Below, piece after piece: positions 47,147 through 58,094 of a DNA stretch of 64,000 nt. The position numbers and the translations under genes were made by a program. This stretch comes from Verrucomicrobiia bacterium (GTDB lineage: Bacteria; Verrucomicrobiota; Verrucomicrobiia; Limisphaerales; UBA1319), in contig OY760937.1 in NCBI GenBank assembly GCA_963664225.1, positions 3,488,001-3,552,000 on the forward strand, given 5' to 3'. Below the pieces are notes generated by a model that was not told where the DNA came from, did no database searches, and worked only from the letters and a program-made list of their open reading frames with translations. Within the stretch, counting starts at the first letter, position 1, and each line of letters begins with the position of its first letter.

Positions 47147-48369
47147 TACGAAACGGATTCCAGAAGCAACCGAGTGCATTGGGCCGTGCCAGATGCACGG
47201 GAGAATCGGTCTTCAAAAAGTTTGCGCGCCGCCCTGCCTGTTTCAACTCTGGTTTCGAAATCCAACAGCTCTTCAACGGCAACCTGGAATCCTACCGCGT
47301 CTTGAGATGCGCAAACACGACCACAATGACCGGCGCGAATATACCGCGCGATGTCACAGTCGGCATCCACACTGGCCAAGACTGGAAGCCCGGCAGCAAG
47401 ATATCCCAAGACCTTACTTGGCACACTGTTTTTTCCGGCTCCGGGAAGAAGCGTCACCAGCCCTATATCCGCACTATGAAAGACTTCGCTCAACCGATCC
47501 TCTGGTTGAAAGGGGAGAAACCGGACATTTTCCAGTCCTTGCTCTGTAGCTCTAGCTTGGAGTTCGCGCTTGAGCGCCCCTTCTCCGACAAACAAGAAAA
47601 GAATCCGGCTCTGAGACTTAACTCTGGACGCTACGTCAAGGACGAGACCGCCCCCACTGATCAAACCAATGGTGCCGGCATACAGGATAACCAGTGCATC
47701 GGCGTCGATATGATTTTCCTCGCGCCAGTTAGCGGCTCGGCCCTGAGGCTGAACTCGACTAGCCTCAAGCCATAGAGGAACAATTCCGATTTTGCCCTCT
47801 GAAATGCCGCGTTGCACCAATGTTTCTTTCTGCCGTTGCCCGATCACCCGGATACGCGCCGCATGTCTACAAACCCATGTGTCCATTTTGAGCGCCATTC
47901 GGAACAATAGCCCGTCTCTGATGGCTTTTGCCTCAAGTGCGGCTTCAGGATAAATATCGAAAATTCCATACACATAGCGCGCTCTCCGTAAACGAGCGGC
48001 CAGGCAAAGGGCAAGCGGACCTGTTAACGGAACTGTGTTGGAATAGACAAGGTCCACCTTGGGGCCAAATAACACCGCCAGAAAAGAAGAAAGGCTGAAG
48101 CTCAACCAATAAGCAATTCGCTTCCGTGCGGATTTATTTCCGGGCAGAAAATGCCAGATACGTTGAACAGGCACTCCATTATCCACTTCGTTTCCGCAAC
48201 ACTTCCGCTTGTAACCTGGAAACAGCTTCCCCTTCGGATGATTGGGCCAGCCGGTCAACACCCGAACCTCGTGCCCACTTCTGAGGAGGTCCGTAGCCCA
48301 TTCATGGGTCATGATTCCTGCAGGGGCATTCTCCGGCGGGAAAACCGCGCAAACCAACAAAACACGCAT
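47146..48369 (-). CDS. GT4 glycosyltransferase, WbuB/WcaI-like (candidate L-FucNAc transferase)
   Basis: FPPE, WPNHPKG, DIYPE, YAGTIG, PSKVLGYLAAGLPV. Confidence 0.88.
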   Translation of the reverse strand: MRVLLVCAVFPPENAPAGIMTHEWATDLLRSGHEVRVLTGWPNHPKGKLFPGYKRKCCGNEVDNGVPVQRIWHFLPGNKSARKRIAYWLSFSLSSFLAVLFGPKVDLVYSNTVPLTGPLALCLAARLRRARYVYGIFDIYPEAALEAKAIRDGLLFRMALKMDTWVCRHAARIRVIGQRQKETLVQRGISEGKIGIVPLWLEASRVQPQGRAANWREENHIDADALVILYAGTIGLISGGGLVLDVASRVKSQSRILFLFVGEGALKRELQARATEQGLENVRFLPFQPEDRLSEVFHSADIGLVTLLPGAGKNSVPSKVLGYLAAGLPVLASVDADCDIARYIRAGHCGRVCASQDAVGFQVAVEELLDFETRVETGRAARKLFEDRFSRASGTAQCTRLLLESVS

Positions 48370-48403
48370 CTGAACAGATTCTTTTACCGGATTTTCCGCC
48401 TAT

Positions 48404-49408
48404 TTAGCATCCGGACTTGCCTTCACGCCTGATCAAGTGTGGGAATCGTTTGAGCTCCATCTCCATTTTGTAATCTTCCAGCATCCTTAAATAAGGATAG
48501 TGGATGGTGTAGCCCAAATCCCGTTGAGCCTTGGAAATGTCATAGAGGTAGGTATGAACTTCGTTTGGCTTGGTCGGGTTGTTTACGACCGGAACCTCGT
48601 GCCCTGGAGGCGAAAAGACCTTCGCAATGCCCTTCGCCTCTTCCTCAAGCGTAGTGCGTACACCGGAAGCAATATTGTACAATCCCGACGCCTTTGCACT
48701 GTGAATGGCTGAAACATATGCATTAGCCACATCCTTCACATAGACCAAATCGCGCCCCTTGCTCCAATCACCCCAAACTTCTAAAGGTTCGCCAGCCATT
48801 GCGCGCAGTATGAACCGTTTGAAACCAGTCACGTGCAATTGGCCGTTCGAATAGATCTCTGTATGCGGGCCATAGCCATATACAGCCGGAAGACGAAAAC
48901 TTAGGGTTTGCAGCCCAAACTCTTGCCGGTAATGTTCGGTGAGATCTATTCCTGCGATTTTGCTTATGATATAGACCGCATGATCTCCTGTTAGGCTGAT
49001 GCTGCGAGCATCCTCTTCACGGATCGGCCGCCCAGAATCCCAAAGCCTAGCCACATCCGAATGAGATGTGGTGTTGATGAATATTTTCGCCTTGCAACGA
49101 CGAGCATATTCCAGAGCGTTGAGTGTACCAGTCAGGTTTATATCGATATAGCTCTGTGGATTGTAATCGACGACATTTGCAGGCACCAGCGCAGAGAGAA
49201 GAACGACTGCGGTCACATCCTTGGACGGAAGACGGTCGAAATCCCTGGCCTTAGTCATATTAATCTCGATCCAGGGGATCCGCAATTGCTTATAAAATGA
49301 AGAAGCCTGTGGGTTCCTCCCGCATGCAATAACGGGCTCTTTGCGTTTCAACAACTCATCCGTAAGATAAGTACCAATGAATCCGGAAGCTCCAAGCAAA
49401 ATGATCAT
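48404..49408 (-). CDS. NAD-dependent epimerase/dehydratase
   Basis: GASGFIG, YIISK, RDLVYVKDVA. Confidence 0.92.
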   Translation of the reverse strand: MIILLGASGFIGTYLTDELLKRKEPVIACGRNPQASSFYKQLRIPWIEINMTKARDFDRLPSKDVTAVVLLSALVPANVVDYNPQSYIDINLTGTLNALEYARRCKAKIFINTTSHSDVARLWDSGRPIREEDARSISLTGDHAVYIISKIAGIDLTEHYRQEFGLQTLSFRLPAVYGYGPHTEIYSNGQLHVTGFKRFILRAMAGEPLEVWGDWSKGRDLVYVKDVANAYVSAIHSAKASGLYNIASGVRTTLEEEAKGIAKVFSPPGHEVPVVNNPTKPNEVHTYLYDISKAQRDLGYTIHYPYLRMLEDYKMEMELKRFPHLIRREGKSGC

Positions 49409-49676
49409 TTGAGAATAATAGTTTTTTCGAACTTGGATAATTTCGTAAAAGGAGAAAGAATCTCTTCGCCAACCGACTTATTTGCTCAAGTAAAGCTTAT
49501 TCGTAACAAACCGAGCTTTCGGAGAATTATAAGAAGCCAAACAGACTACGAAAAAGTCGTCCTTCCCCGCCAAATCCCGCCCCATTTGTGCCGGAACCAC
49601 CTGCTCAGGGGGGACAAATCGCATTGACGATGGCGATATTGAACATCAGTTCTTGGTTACGGCTTGCTAATGAGAA

Positions 49677-50228
49677 TCAAACTACGAGACCGCAATTCTG
49701 CCGAATACCAATTTCACGGGCAGGATTTCCGCCGACAATGGACCATGGCTTAACCGGTTTTATAACGACAGATCCGAGTGCCGCAACAGATCCTTCCCCT
49801 AGCGTCACCCCAAAGCATACCATGGCTTTTGCGCAGACCCATGATTTGCTCCCGAGCTTGATTGGTGCAGTGATTAACGTAAAATCGGCATTATGAACAT
49901 CATGACTTGCTGTACAAAGATAACCGTATTGACTTACAATAGCATCTTCTTCCAGCGTAACCATGGCAACATTATAGCAATCGACATCTTCGGCCAACTG
50001 GCTTCGTGCCTTCATTATTAGATTCCATGGAGCCCATACTTTTGCGGTATTATAGACTCGAGCTGTTGAGGCGATTTGAGCGCCAAAACAAATCAAGAGA
50101 AAACGCCGCCATGAAAATAAAAACCGCGGAGATGGACGAAATAAAAGCAACCATACGGATGACCAAATGTATCGGCGCAGTTGCTGACGAAATAAAAACG
50201 GGCTTTTAATTCGAGCTGAGCGTGACAT
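49677..50228 (-). CDS. WcaF-like acetyltransferase
   Basis: WRRFLL..FGAQI, APWNL, LCTASHD, GGNPAR. Confidence 0.9.
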   Translation of the reverse strand: MSRSARIKSPFLFRQQLRRYIWSSVWLLLFRPSPRFLFSWRRFLLICFGAQIASTARVYNTAKVWAPWNLIMKARSQLAEDVDCYNVAMVTLEEDAIVSQYGYLCTASHDVHNADFTLITAPIKLGSKSWVCAKAMVCFGVTLGEGSVAALGSVVIKPVKPWSIVGGNPAREIGIRQNCGLVV

Positions 50229-50234
50229 CTTGAA

Positions 50235-51464
50235 TTAATCAATGTGAATACAGGCGGGCGGCGTTCCGCCGCCGAGAATCCACTTGTAAACGTCCGTCAT
50301 TTGAGCGGCGATTCGGGACCACACGAAACGATCTTCCACCAGGCGCCGACCTCTTATCCCCATCTCAACTCGATCCGCTTGCGACATGTCGGCGAGTTGA
50401 TGCAATCCCGCTTGGAGGCTTTCCAGATTTGTTTCCACCCGAATGGCGCAATCATTTTCAAAACCTTCAGGCAAATTGCATTCCGGAGTCATCAGGACCG
50501 GCTTCCCGTACGACCAGGCCTCCAGCACGGCCATGGGGAGTCCTTCACTGTACGAAGGAAGAACAAATGCATCGCAATTTGTGAAGCACAATTCCTTTTG
50601 CGCGCCATGTTTTGGGCCAACGAATATTAACTCATTGGAATCCACCTCTTGCTGCCAATCATTATCCTCGGTTTCACCACAGTCAGAATATTGAATACCC
50701 AAATCATCGGCCAGCGTCTTAAGCTGCTCCTTGTGTCCCACTTCGCTCCATCCCGCAATGACTAAAGTCCAGCCATTTAACTGCGCCATTTTCCATGCTC
50801 TGACCAAGTCAAGAAGTCCCTTCTTGGGATGAATGCGCCCTAAATAAAGGAGAACGTTCTGTCTTCTCTTGTTAAATGTGGCTTGCCTGTTCCAGGCATC
50901 TGGGGCGATTCCAGGCAAACAGGTTCCATTTGGAATAATACACACTGGATTATTAAGACCAAAGGATCGGACTGACTGCAGTTCAGCATTGTTTAGCGCA
51001 TGAATACATCGTGCCCTCTTCAGACTTTTTTTAGCGTAAAGGATCAATGCGAGGTATTTCTTCCATTTTGAATAATTTAAAGCCCAAGGATCTATCTGCC
51101 CATGGGGGGAGACAAGATAAGGAATCCTTTTTCCCGGATCCAATTGATTTATCATTAGAGACTGGTAGCCCCATATCGAAACACTATGGAAAATATCCAG
51201 CCGAGAATGCTCAATGGCATGCCTCATGTTTGGGGCATAGCCGAAGCGTTTCGGCCCTTTTAGGCAATATTCGTGAATAGGAACGCCACCCCACAAATGC
51301 CGATCTGCTAGCGAAAATTCGTCTTGCGTCCCAAATACGTTGATACGATTTGATCGAATTTGCAACAAGGATTGAGTCAGACCGGTCACTGCCCCTAGCA
51401 CCCCGCCAGCCATTCTGGAGACGGAACCCATTATGAAACCTATTTCAGTCCTTTGGTGCATCAC
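50235..51464 (-). CDS. GT4 glycosyltransferase
   Basis: SPHG, LGRIHPKKG, PSYSEGLPMAVLEA. Confidence 0.93.
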   Translation of the reverse strand: MMHQRTEIGFIMGSVSRMAGGVLGAVTGLTQSLLQIRSNRINVFGTQDEFSLADRHLWGGVPIHEYCLKGPKRFGYAPNMRHAIEHSRLDIFHSVSIWGYQSLMINQLDPGKRIPYLVSPHGQIDPWALNYSKWKKYLALILYAKKSLKRARCIHALNNAELQSVRSFGLNNPVCIIPNGTCLPGIAPDAWNRQATFNKRRQNVLLYLGRIHPKKGLLDLVRAWKMAQLNGWTLVIAGWSEVGHKEQLKTLADDLGIQYSDCGETEDNDWQQEVDSNELIFVGPKHGAQKELCFTNCDAFVLPSYSEGLPMAVLEAWSYGKPVLMTPECNLPEGFENDCAIRVETNLESLQAGLHQLADMSQADRVEMGIRGRRLVEDRFVWSRIAAQMTDVYKWILGGGTPPACIHID

Positions 51465-51494
51465 CGGTCTTTATTCTTTTTTGTGATATTCTCT

Positions 51495-52709
51495 CTACCG
51501 GTGCAACAACGCCCAAAGCAAAAGCTTGTTTACCCACGTTGCCTTTGGGATTGGTGTTGAAAGTGCCACTTTCACGGCTTGAGAGAGACCTTCGGCAAAA
51601 CGTTCTGGTCCCCAATGGGAAACAATTTCTCGGCTGGCGCTGCCAAAGGCTGCGAGTGGAAAATCCGAAGACGACATTTTGAGCATGAGCCGAGCCATTT
51701 GATCAACATCATACGGATCAAATGTAAAACCATTAACCCCCTCACGAACCAAGTCCTGCGCGCATCCGCAACGATTTGAAACAAGCACCGGCAATCCCGA
51801 AGCCATGGCTTCATTGACAACTAATCCCCATTGCTCCGTTGTACTGGCATGGACGAACACTTGAGCACAGGCATAATAAGCCGGCAAATCGGGGTATTGT
51901 ATAAATCCCGGCATAAAAACATTGTTAAATAAGTTGAGTTTTTCGATCTCAGATTGAAGATTAGATTTAAGCGCGCCATCTCCAAGTAAAACCAGATTAT
52001 ATGTTTTTGACGTGCGCTCTCCTCGATTAAGATTTTCTGCCATCTCGCGATAGCGAGCATACGCCTCAATTAAACGGAATAGATTCTTTTTCTCAACAAA
52101 CCGTGATGAAGCCAGAAAGTATAACTCTGGCAAACGATATCGCATTCTGACTTCGGACTTGTGACCTATAGCCTCCAAAACGCTATCGGAAAAGTAAGAA
52201 TTATCTATTGCATCGTATCCCAAAAATACATTTCGCGCAGGGATCCCTAACTTAACAATGTAATTCTTGTGTGGTGCTCCTCCAACCAGGGCCGCATTTC
52301 CCAGTCTAACGATCTGGCTTTTTATGGCTTCCCGCCATGCCCACCGTGACACATCTGAAGACGTGCTCTCGGACATTATGATAATAGGTTTAGCATTTTG
52401 GATACAATACTGCATGGCGCCATGAGCTGCAGGGTCCTGCCAGCCAGGAATCACAACCGCCGCAGGTTGGATTCTCTCTAATGCAAGCATGAGCTGACGT
52501 CTCACCAAACTCACCGACAATTTATGAGCATCTTGGTTCTTAAACAAAATCAATCGCTCAAACCCATCGGTTCCGGCAACACAATCCCATGCATATGTTT
52601 CATCACGCCCTGAAGTTTCCACCGCCACAAGTGAAATCATGGTTGACGCCGTCTTGAGCCGAGCGAAATGGTATGGTCCCAATCGATGAAAAACGACACA
52701 AATCTTCAT
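51495..52709 (-). CDS. GT4 glycosyltransferase
   Basis: GPYHFAR, SRFVEKKN, EQWGLVVNEAMASGLPV. Confidence 0.93.
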   Translation of the reverse strand: MKICVVFHRLGPYHFARLKTASTMISLVAVETSGRDETYAWDCVAGTDGFERLILFKNQDAHKLSVSLVRRQLMLALERIQPAAVVIPGWQDPAAHGAMQYCIQNAKPIIIMSESTSSDVSRWAWREAIKSQIVRLGNAALVGGAPHKNYIVKLGIPARNVFLGYDAIDNSYFSDSVLEAIGHKSEVRMRYRLPELYFLASSRFVEKKNLFRLIEAYARYREMAENLNRGERTSKTYNLVLLGDGALKSNLQSEIEKLNLFNNVFMPGFIQYPDLPAYYACAQVFVHASTTEQWGLVVNEAMASGLPVLVSNRCGCAQDLVREGVNGFTFDPYDVDQMARLMLKMSSSDFPLAAFGSASREIVSHWGPERFAEGLSQAVKVALSTPIPKATWVNKLLLWALLHR

Positions 52710-54100
52710 TTGAGGCGACTTTTGGGGATACGAAAATATTTTTGCGAAACAAGTGGCTGAAGCTTAGTTTGTTTCATAATTCTTTTCTTTGCCGATAAAA
52801 GAAACGAAGGAAAGATTATAAAAATAATTATTATTAAAATCTCAAGAACCATACGCGAAACAATGACAGGAGCACTACTAACAACGGAAAATGCAATATT
52901 GAATGCAAACACACTATATAACATTCTAGGAAGTAAATGGTTGTTTGAACTAGTGTAATGCCATAACATTTTGAAAAAACGAGCAAAAAACATAAAAAAC
53001 ACAGCGCCGACAAGCGAAAATTCGCTAAATACCGAATATGGGCCCGTCATATAACTACCATAAACAACGTCCACGCCGCAAAATTCATTAAATATTGCGC
53101 CATCATCTTTGACTTTAACAAATAGTGAATCCTTAAATTCTCTGCTCGTAAATTGTGCGGGCACAAAAATATCTATCAGTGCGTTCCAAAAAACGGCGCC
53201 ATAATTAAACTCAAATTGTGAGAAACGTGCCGCCGATCCAATCACTAAATTATTCATGCCTTCCCCTTTCTCGCCGACAAAATAATTATCCGTGGCTGTT
53301 TTAATATTCACGGTTTGGATAGCCCCGAGAACATCGCCTGTCATATTGGCTTGAGAGCGCCAATACGGCGCCGCGATGACGATTAATCCCGCAAGGGCAA
53401 AAAGTCCAATGAACGCCGACCGCGGCAAGGTCCACTTTTTTTCGAACCATAAACAGAGAAATACATATAACCCAATTGAAAATGTAACACTTCGCCGACC
53501 AAGAAATATAATAATGAAAACCGGATAGACAAACATCCCTATAACAATGAGCCACTTTAAAAGTGAACCTTTTCTGAGAACCGATAAGAAAGCCAGTATC
53601 AAACCAGGATAAAGCAACTTCATGATATATATATAAACGACGGGCGCGCCACTCCATTCCAAAGCATAATGTCCGCCTCCCATGAATTGCTGTTCAAACC
53701 CCCCCGCTAATGTTGCAAGCTTGTAAGCTCCAATAAAGCCGATTCCATAGCAGGCAGTTCCAATCCAAAAAAATGTATTTGTGGGAACTGAAGGCATCTT
53801 GTCCAACAACTTGGGAACGAAACCAGTCCTTCGAATTGGAAGGCTATAACCCATCCAACCGGCCAGCAAACAGAGGATACAAATCACAATGGCCCACTCA
53901 ACTCCATAGTTATCATAAACAACGCGCGGAAGACGTCCTGGATAAAAAACATGATTTACAAGCTGAGGTACAACTGAAAAAAGAAATGCGGCTGCAAATA
54001 AAGCTTGAAATTGCAAGGCTCCATCCCGCTTCCGCAAGGCGTGCAACAGAGCAAAAGCGGAGAGAACGAGCAGGCTATAAAATAAGACGTAGGAAATCAT
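52706..54100 (-). CDS. Putative Wzy polysaccharide polymerase
   Basis: About ten TM segments, AT-rich, large periplasmic loop, position inside a Wzx locus; assignment by context. Confidence 0.7.
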   Translation of the reverse strand: MISYVLFYSLLVLSAFALLHALRKRDGALQFQALFAAAFLFSVVPQLVNHVFYPGRLPRVVYDNYGVEWAIVICILCLLAGWMGYSLPIRRTGFVPKLLDKMPSVPTNTFFWIGTACYGIGFIGAYKLATLAGGFEQQFMGGGHYALEWSGAPVVYIYIMKLLYPGLILAFLSVLRKGSLLKWLIVIGMFVYPVFIIIFLGRRSVTFSIGLYVFLCLWFEKKWTLPRSAFIGLFALAGLIVIAAPYWRSQANMTGDVLGAIQTVNIKTATDNYFVGEKGEGMNNLVIGSAARFSQFEFNYGAVFWNALIDIFVPAQFTSREFKDSLFVKVKDDGAIFNEFCGVDVVYGSYMTGPYSVFSEFSLVGAVFFMFFARFFKMLWHYTSSNNHLLPRMLYSVFAFNIAFSVVSSAPVIVSRMVLEILIIIIFIIFPSFLLSAKKRIMKQTKLQPLVSQKYFRIPKSRLK

Positions 54101-54122
54101 TGAGGGTGACTCTCAAATATCA

Positions 54123-55391
54123 CTAACGAACTCGACGCCATATTTGTTTTAAAAGTGTTTTTGCATTTTGTTGCAGCCGAAGGAGAGGTGAATTCATTCC
54201 TAAAACGCCCATTTCCAGTTCGGCAACCCGGGTCATTAGTTCCTTTGTTCCCATGCTAATCCGATTCCTCAAGGATGTTTGTTGAAAAAGATAATAATGG
54301 AATGCAGCTTCCTTATTCCGAATCATCGGAAAATTTAGCGAGCGAATGGCATCCTGGAGCGAACAAGGAGTGCGCACCAAGCTATCAGCAGCAACTTTCA
54401 TCATTTCGCGCCCGGCTTCTGTCCATACCAAGGTTAAATTCGAACCAAGAGGGTTATTACTGGGCGATTCAATACCCCAGGGATCGCCTAATGTAATGTC
54501 TGCATAGCATGCCGCAAGACAGTCAGAGCATAAACGACAGGCTGGCACAACCCAGCAGGTGGCATGGAAAAAATAATTTAAAAATTCTATTTCGCCGTTA
54601 TGCAGAAAACCCGACTTTCCGGGCCAGCCGAAACCTCGATAAAATACGCTTGAATCGGGAGCATCATTCCCTCTAAAGAAACGCTTGATAGCCTTTGTGT
54701 GTCCTAAAGTCTTTTGCTTTCGACACATTATGGCAATCTTCAGAATTTCGGTTTTGGGCAGATAATACCGAAGCAACGCGCTCGCAGCCTTGATTTGGCA
54801 TGGTAATCCGATCAACAACACTCGCTTCCAATTTCTGTTGCGCACCGCGAGGTTTTTCCCCCAAAGGATGGGGCGATAAAGCGAACACGGAATTCGTTCA
54901 AGCTTGGGAGGAGTAGTAATCCAGATTCCTTCTGCCTCGGAACCCGTTGGAATGACTGCCCGAGGGAAAGGCAATGCTGCTTGATAAACTACACCTGAAA
55001 TTCTGAGCCCATTATTTTCCGGGTAAAAGAGTGAATAGGTTGCGTCCACGTGTTGCTTTTGTAGCAACTGGCCAATGAGAGTGCGGGCTGTTCCGCCGCT
55101 GGAGGCCATCCAGCGGATGTTGTCGTCCGCTGAATGCGTAAGATGAATGTCTTTTGCTGCGGATATGTTCGCCTCAGTAAGGCGATCTTTTGGCAACTGT
55201 TGAGAAGGACAGACTCTGGCGCAAAAGCCGCATTGGGTGCATTTGTCCTTATCGACACTGATATGCACCAAGCCATCTCTCAGAATTTTAAAAGTCAACG
55301 CGTCTGGTTTGCACGAGGCGAGACATACTCCGCATTGGCAGCATCTTAATGGATCAAATTCGATAACACCGTCTTCCCTTTGAGTGAGCAT
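54123..55391 (-). CDS. 2x[4Fe-4S] plus FrhB/FdhB-like protein
   Basis: CCQCGVCLASC, CTQCGFCARVCP, ASSGG, GLPCQ, ACRLCSD, DITLGDPW. Confidence 0.88.
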   Translation of the reverse strand: MLTQREDGVIEFDPLRCCQCGVCLASCKPDALTFKILRDGLVHISVDKDKCTQCGFCARVCPSQQLPKDRLTEANISAAKDIHLTHSADDNIRWMASSGGTARTLIGQLLQKQHVDATYSLFYPENNGLRISGVVYQAALPFPRAVIPTGSEAEGIWITTPPKLERIPCSLYRPILWGKNLAVRNRNWKRVLLIGLPCQIKAASALLRYYLPKTEILKIAIMCRKQKTLGHTKAIKRFFRGNDAPDSSVFYRGFGWPGKSGFLHNGEIEFLNYFFHATCWVVPACRLCSDCLAACYADITLGDPWGIESPSNNPLGSNLTLVWTEAGREMMKVAADSLVRTPCSLQDAIRSLNFPMIRNKEAAFHYYLFQQTSLRNRISMGTKELMTRVAELEMGVLGMNSPLLRLQQNAKTLLKQIWRRVR

Positions 55392-55398
55392 AAGTATC

Positions 55399-56499
55399 TC
55401 AAGTCAGGGCTTTTCGCAGGAATTCGTAGGATTTCACGACATGTTTGTGAATGCGCTCCTGAACTTCGGCATTTGAACCAGGAGATGACTCCAATAATCC
55501 GTCCGTTATCTGGGTTGATTGGGCGATCATGTTGGATTTAAATCCATATCGTTCGCAAAAATCATAAAGCCTAAGAGAGCCTTCGGATTTATGGTCGATC
55601 ATAATCAGAGGCTTTCGTTTCTGAATTGCAAAAACGGAGCCATGGAACGAATCCGTGCATACAATCCTGGATTTGTTTATCAGATCAATCCACTCAGCGG
55701 GCCCTGCATTGGAAACAATGAAATCCGCTCCGTCGAATGCCCAATCCCTTAGCGCGCCGGGTGAAACACATACCAAAGGTAGGTTTAGCCTTCGTCTTAT
55801 TTCTTCTGTAATTGAAATAGTGTTCTTTGCTACCACACGATTTGGAGTATAAAGTAAGATGTAATCTGAAAATGGCAATTTTGGAGTTTTCGACTCAAAG
55901 TCAAGATCAACAAGCAAGGTGGGATCCGAAACAATAGGGACGTTGCTCCCTGTGAGCTGATTAATAATCCCTTGCGACATTGTATTCCGCACTGATATTG
56001 CGTGGAACGATGGAAGCGCATGGCGGACTCGGTTCAAGAAAACCTCGGGTTGTTTGTCATGACCAAAGCAGGCTGCATAACTGACCTTAATTCCTTTAAA
56101 ACATTTAGAATCGAGAAGGTAAACAGGCCAATTCCAGTCCCCGTTCCAAACTTGATCGCTCCCAACGATGATAGCGTCATAATTGGTGGCGCATTCCCAA
56201 AGTTCGGGGAGAAATCGGCATGGGGAGGATAGGGAAAGATTTGTTTTTCTAAAGGAATCAAAACAGCTATAGTGACCACTTCCATAACGCCATTTCCCAA
56301 GAAAATACAGAAGAAGTCTACTACAGGCCGGTCCCATAAAGCCAGCCCATTTATGTATATTCTGAACTTTGGATATGGGGTTGAAATCCAATATATCCGA
56401 TCGTATTCCAATTCGATTTAGTGCTTTTTGAAGGGCTGCGCACTGCAGCACTCCCCCATAATTCTGGCAAAAATGGAAACTTAGTATGCCTACCTTCAT
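55399..56499 (-). CDS. Polysaccharide pyruvyl transferase
   Basis: NYGGVLQ, VGSDQVWN, ISVR, DPTLL, TDSFHG. Confidence 0.92.
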   Translation of the reverse strand: MKVGILSFHFCQNYGGVLQCAALQKALNRIGIRSDILDFNPISKVQNIHKWAGFMGPACSRLLLYFLGKWRYGSGHYSCFDSFRKTNLSLSSPCRFLPELWECATNYDAIIVGSDQVWNGDWNWPVYLLDSKCFKGIKVSYAACFGHDKQPEVFLNRVRHALPSFHAISVRNTMSQGIINQLTGSNVPIVSDPTLLVDLDFESKTPKLPFSDYILLYTPNRVVAKNTISITEEIRRRLNLPLVCVSPGALRDWAFDGADFIVSNAGPAEWIDLINKSRIVCTDSFHGSVFAIQKRKPLIMIDHKSEGSLRLYDFCERYGFKSNMIAQSTQITDGLLESSPGSNAEVQERIHKHVVKSYEFLRKALT

Positions 56500-56508
56500 T
56501 CTAGTGAA

Positions 56509-57720
56509 TTAAGTAATTGAATTAATCACGCCATCTCTAAAGCGCTTCCACGTAAATTGCAACGCCAGTTTACGAGCTGCGATTCTTATATTTGAATGAC
56601 TTTTAGTTAGCGTCGAAGCTAAATGCGAGAGTTTAACCGAAAGCTGCTCCCAGTCACCTGGCGGAACCATAAATATTCCATTGGACTCATTGCCCAAGTC
56701 AGGCAGGACGGTATTAGCGGTTCCAAGGACGGGGCAACCGCATGCAAGAGCCTCCAAATAGACTTGACCGAATCCTTCAATGAGTGAGGGCATTACAAAA
56801 AGATGCGATCGTGAGTATAGAGAGATCAATTCTTGATTCAAGACACCAGGCAATAAAACAACGTCTGGTGTGTCACCCATCTGTTTGCGAATTTCCGGTG
56901 CGATACCCCTGCAAATTACGACAAGTTTCTTCGGCCCTTGAAAGGAAACATGTTTCCATGCTTTCAGTAGGCAATCCAGACCTTTTCTGGTAATACCAGA
57001 GCCGACAAAGATTGCTTGAAAGCAATCGTCAGCAGGCAAATCAAAAGAGTTTAATGGGGCAAAATCGCAGCCGTAAGGTATCACACGGCAAATATTTTCA
57101 TCTGCCCCAGCCCAGATCAAGGACTGTTTTGTAAACGTGCTTGCGCAAAGAATTAAATCAGAATGTTGCCAAGCATCCGTCAGTGGTTTCAACAGTTCTG
57201 GATGTCCTTTCAATACGGAGGACGCCGACTCGACAACGGAGGTCGGTGCGTATTGTTTGTATATTTCCCTCTCGTAGTCATAATGGGGGTGATATTGAAA
57301 GAGAACTCGTTTGGGAGTGTGGGAAAAAGAAGTCAAAAAAGCTTCGTAAGCGTAGGAGGAATAAAGCAATAAACTCGATTTACGTGCTTTTGCCATTTTT
57401 GCAGCAGCAAGGCTCAAGGTTCGGGCGTACTTTGCGCCTCTGAAAAACCTCGACTGTGCGCTCCCTTTAAAGATCTGAGAGGCGAGGAATGCGCCAGGCT
57501 GAGACCTTACATTTTTGTTCATAATCCCATCGCAATGCCTTCCATTAATGCTTTCTGCAAGGCGGCATGGTAAAAAACGTGCCATGCCCAAAATAAAATC
57601 CTTCGAATAAAAATCGGTTATAAACGATTCAAGCACTCCGGCCTCCTCAAGGGCAAATGGCACTTGGTAGGAGTCGCGGCGGCCAGGAAATGCGCAAATA
57701 TACTTTTCGTTTCGATCCAT
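56509..57720 (-). CDS. GT4 glycosyltransferase
   Basis: FVGSGITRKG, PSLIEGFGQVYLEALACG. Confidence 0.92.
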   Translation of the reverse strand: MDRNEKYICAFPGRRDSYQVPFALEEAGVLESFITDFYSKDFILGMARFLPCRLAESINGRHCDGIMNKNVRSQPGAFLASQIFKGSAQSRFFRGAKYARTLSLAAAKMAKARKSSLLLYSSYAYEAFLTSFSHTPKRVLFQYHPHYDYEREIYKQYAPTSVVESASSVLKGHPELLKPLTDAWQHSDLILCASTFTKQSLIWAGADENICRVIPYGCDFAPLNSFDLPADDCFQAIFVGSGITRKGLDCLLKAWKHVSFQGPKKLVVICRGIAPEIRKQMGDTPDVVLLPGVLNQELISLYSRSHLFVMPSLIEGFGQVYLEALACGCPVLGTANTVLPDLGNESNGIFMVPPGDWEQLSVKLSHLASTLTKSHSNIRIAARKLALQFTWKRFRDGVINSIT

Positions 57721-58094
57721 AGTAAACAGTTGCCAACAGGCGGAAACTTAAATGTGGATGCCTAAAGCGGCATCTATACAACCCTAAGCCTCCTTGCTTG
57801 AAAGTATTGTATGAACTCCTTATGAAAATTGGTCTCCTCGAAAAGGAGCGTAAATGCCGATATTTTACTGCAAATATTAAAAGAACGGTTACATTACTAA
57901 ATTAGAGCATACAAGACATGTGTTGCGCGAATGCAAGTCATTCGTTCACCATGGGCAGCCTTGACGCGATTTTCATTATGCTGAAACTCCCCTTGAAATC
58001 TAAAATATCATAAAAGTGGATTGCCATTATCGGACATGGGCACGGCGACGGCCGCACAACCATGACAAACGATTTATTCTGCAACAGTTTAAAC

